Source: Eukaryota sp. TZLM1-RC
Taxonomy: Eukaryota > Protista > Metamonada: BaSk clade
Direction: 5' to 3'
Assembly: GCA_040285825.1 (NCBI GenBank)
Contig: JAUPSS010000002.1
Span: forward strand, 3,162,001 to 3,226,000
DNA length: 64,000 nucleotides
How positions within the stretch are numbered: position 1 is the stretch's first letter; each line of letters opens with the position of its first letter. The translations under genes were made by a program, and so were the position numbers. Of this stretch, positions 61,343-64,000 are shown piece after piece. The notes below the pieces were generated by a model. It was not told where the DNA came from. It ran no database searches and worked only from the letters and a program-made list of their open reading frames with translations.

Positions 61343-61531
61343 CTACACTTCTTTTCCCGACATTGCTTTATCCCAAGTCTCTCCCATCAACTGATTTCCT
61401 TCTTCTAAAGTCATTTGTCCAGAAGTAACCATATCATCCACTGCAGACCCAACTGGTCCAACCTCTTGGGCAGCTTCTGCTTCCTGTTGATCCATTTCTT
61501 CATCGGTCATTTTGGATTGTTGTCTTGACAT
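61343..61531 (-). CDS. Small acidic hypothetical protein (62 aa)
   Basis: ATG ORF MSRQQSK..., higher GC than its flanks. Confidence 0.55.
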   Translation of the reverse strand: MSRQQSKMTDEEMDQQEAEAAQEVGPVGSAVDDMVTSGQMTLEEGNQLMGETWDKAMSGKEV

Positions 61532-61984
61532 TAGACTGGAAAAATTATAGCAATTTTTAACAATTGTAAATTTCACAAAGCCTGTAATCAAGGTTTTCTT
61601 GTTTGAAATCGCAAAAATGATACCTTATGCGTAATGGGATCTCTGTTACAGTGATGATTGATATAACTACAATAGTTTGGTCCTGTCAAGAAGCTCCCAT
61701 CTGTGGATGGATGACATCAGAATATTTCAGCTGTTTTATTACATTCTTTTGATTATTCAAAACAGGGAAAACATTGTTTTTTTGCATGTACAATTTTGAA
61801 GATAAATTTTTTGCTTCTCAATTAAGAACAATACTATTGGATTTTTTGGTAAGCAATGATATTTCATCTGTGCTATATTTATGAACTCCTATCATTGCTA
61901 ATATATCCTTAATTCGAAAATTATATCTGAATTAGAATAATACATTTACAAATTGATATAAGGGTCCAGTGCATTCAACAACAC

Positions 61985-62896
61985 ATGGAAATGAATGACC
62001 ACTGGCATGTGGATCAGAATTACACAGCTGCTAATGTATCAGCAAATACTGCATTGAAATTGTCTGATACATATACGATGGCTGAGGGGTCTTTCTGCGT
62101 CTCAAAGCACGAGATTATTTTGACCTTTTTGGTCTCATTATATGGCCTCTCCACTTCTGCATCTCTTTATCTCCAAATGACTAAACCTGTGCTTCTTCAC
62201 CCTTCTGAGATTGGCAAATTAGGTTCTGTTTTGGAGGAGTTTTTATCTCTTTCGTCTACAACGGAATGTGTGGATGAATTGTTTGACAATGATGCTCTAC
62301 ATGGTCATTTGAATGATTCTACACTCAACGTAGTCTGTAATGATTTCCTTGAATCGTTTTCACACACCCTATCTATTTCTGATGAAGCTGTTGATTCACT
62401 CTGTGGATCTGGCCCTGCCCATGCTGTCAGATTACTTCTTAGGACCACAGTCTATCGACCTTCTTTCAAATCCCCATGCACTGTTGCCCTTTCAACCATA
62501 GTAAAGCGAAGCCGAACAGCATGCCTATTAGATACCATTATTGCTATAGTCGAGGAATGCGAGACCTTTCAAGTCCAAACTCAGCTATTACATTCTAACA
62601 TTCCTCGTGATGTCATTGATGCACTGATAGAGTGCTTCTCCTATAGAGCTTCTCTTACTTACAAACCTCTTCCCGTGCAATTAACCCACAATGTAAAGGA
62701 GTGCTGGACCACAGTGTTTGCTGCTACCAAGATTCACCCTTATCTTAAGCAGGCCATCTCTTCATGTTTAGTCTCTATCAGTGGGGGAGTTGACGTCTTT
62801 GCTTCACTGCGATCTGGTGTTAGGACGAGTTCTGTTCAAGATTATGGACAGAGTGAACGTCGTTTTAGTTTTACTGATTTTCGTTCAAATTTGTAG
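61985..62896 (+). CDS. Hypothetical protein (303 aa; true start may be downstream)
   Basis: Long ORF with host-like composition and AT-rich 3' UTR. Confidence 0.65.
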   Translation: MEMNDHWHVDQNYTAANVSANTALKLSDTYTMAEGSFCVSKHEIILTFLVSLYGLSTSASLYLQMTKPVLLHPSEIGKLGSVLEEFLSLSSTTECVDELFDNDALHGHLNDSTLNVVCNDFLESFSHTLSISDEAVDSLCGSGPAHAVRLLLRTTVYRPSFKSPCTVALSTIVKRSRTACLLDTIIAIVEECETFQVQTQLLHSNIPRDVIDALIECFSYRASLTYKPLPVQLTHNVKECWTTVFAATKIHPYLKQAISSCLVSISGGVDVFASLRSGVRTSSVQDYGQSERRFSFTDFRSNL

Positions 62897-63141
62897 TAGT
62901 TTTGTAATTAATATTGTAAATATAAATAAATAAAGATTTTCAAAATATAAACATTTTTTAGCACTATTTCTCAACTTTTTGCTTTCACTATTGTACCGAT
63001 GTATTGAGGTTTAATATATTTTTCTTGAATATACAAATGACAATATTGATACCACTTCTCAATACTAAGGATAAAAGTCAAGTTTTAAATTGTTATTATT
63101 TTGTTTGGTACAAAGCCCATAATGAAACTATCCATCAGAAA

Positions 63142-63819
63142 TTAATTCTTTTTTGGGCGTCTAGATCTGCTATTTTGAAACCACACTTTCACCTGACGTT
63201 CCAAGAGACCAACTTGCTGAGCTATACGTGCTACATCAGTGGGAGAGGGCCTAGGATTCTTTTCAAATTCATTTCTAAGAATGGCAGTTTGTTCAGGAGA
63301 AAACTTATGGGACCGTCGGGGACGCATTTCTCCTGTGTGAGAAGGTCCATAGTTAGGTATGGAAGCTGGAGACATGTAGGTTGGGTTCATCTGTGGATTA
63401 GGGAAATTTGAGATATATGCAGGTGGTCGTTGAATTCGTTGAACTAATGGTAATGAATCTCTGGAAATCATATTGACAGGATTATATGATGGATCAAATG
63501 AGCGGTGTGGCACTGGTTGAACAAGATGTGGATTTTGTGAAACAACTGGTTGTTGTGGCCCTACGTATGGTGCATAAGAGTGGGGTTGTGCTTGTGGGAC
63601 ATGTTGGGACGGAAACGAAAATGGACTGTATGGCTGAACCTGTGCGTCGTGGTTATTGTGCATGTATGACACAAACGCCTGAACTGTGGAAAAGGAAGGA
63701 AGCTTGAAGTTTTCGTCCATTTCAGCAGACACATCAAACTGAGGAACTTGATCGTGCGTGGTATGATTGGCCACTTTCTGGATGGGGCCGTTAACCAACG
63801 TATCAAGGGGAAACGACAT
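63142..63819 (-). CDS. Homeodomain transcription factor (non-TALE)
   Basis: C-terminal RRSHKFSPEQTAILRNEF...QVKVWFQNSRS; P/Q-rich middle region. Confidence 0.88.
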   Translation of the reverse strand: MSFPLDTLVNGPIQKVANHTTHDQVPQFDVSAEMDENFKLPSFSTVQAFVSYMHNNHDAQVQPYSPFSFPSQHVPQAQPHSYAPYVGPQQPVVSQNPHLVQPVPHRSFDPSYNPVNMISRDSLPLVQRIQRPPAYISNFPNPQMNPTYMSPASIPNYGPSHTGEMRPRRSHKFSPEQTAILRNEFEKNPRPSPTDVARIAQQVGLLERQVKVWFQNSRSRRPKKN

Positions 63820-64000
63820 CCGAACGATGAGTTTTTGATTTGAGATTGATTTGAGCAAAATGTTTCTTACTTACTCTTTCTATTTGATCCATCAACGTCA
63901 TCCTACCAAAAATTTTGCCTTTTAAAAAGGGTTTTTGTCACATGTTGGTGTAAAGATAAGAATTAGATTGGGACGAAATTTTAGTTTGAATGCTAGGTGG

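Overview
AT-rich, gene-dense window from a unicellular eukaryote with tiny (28-32 nt) GT-AG introns; the organism cannot be identified from the sequence alone. About two thirds of the window is mobile DNA. Retroelements: two chromodomain-type Ty3/Gypsy LTR retrotransposons, a solo LTR, a tandem gag-only mini LTR element, and about 10 copies or fragments of CRE-like (restriction-like endonuclease) non-LTR retrotransposons. There are two families of Fanzor (eukaryotic TnpB/Cas12-like RNA-guided nuclease). One Fanzor ORF (57589-59487, 632 aa) is intact. The most unusual signal is the other family: in three independent decayed copies a DEDDy (PolB-proofreading-type) 3'-5' exonuclease domain runs in frame into the Fanzor N-terminus, and a fourth exonuclease-only fragment is present. 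Both copies that keep the RuvC-III motif have Asn instead of the catalytic Asp. A candidate omega-RNA 3' scaffold is seen twice, once as an orphan. Host genes include Spg1/Tem1, ARPC4, an unusual Arf-like GTPase, a CBP20-like RRM protein, a homeobox protein and a four-member family of Cys-rich single-pass membrane proteins. All calls come from manual motif reading; no database searches were run.
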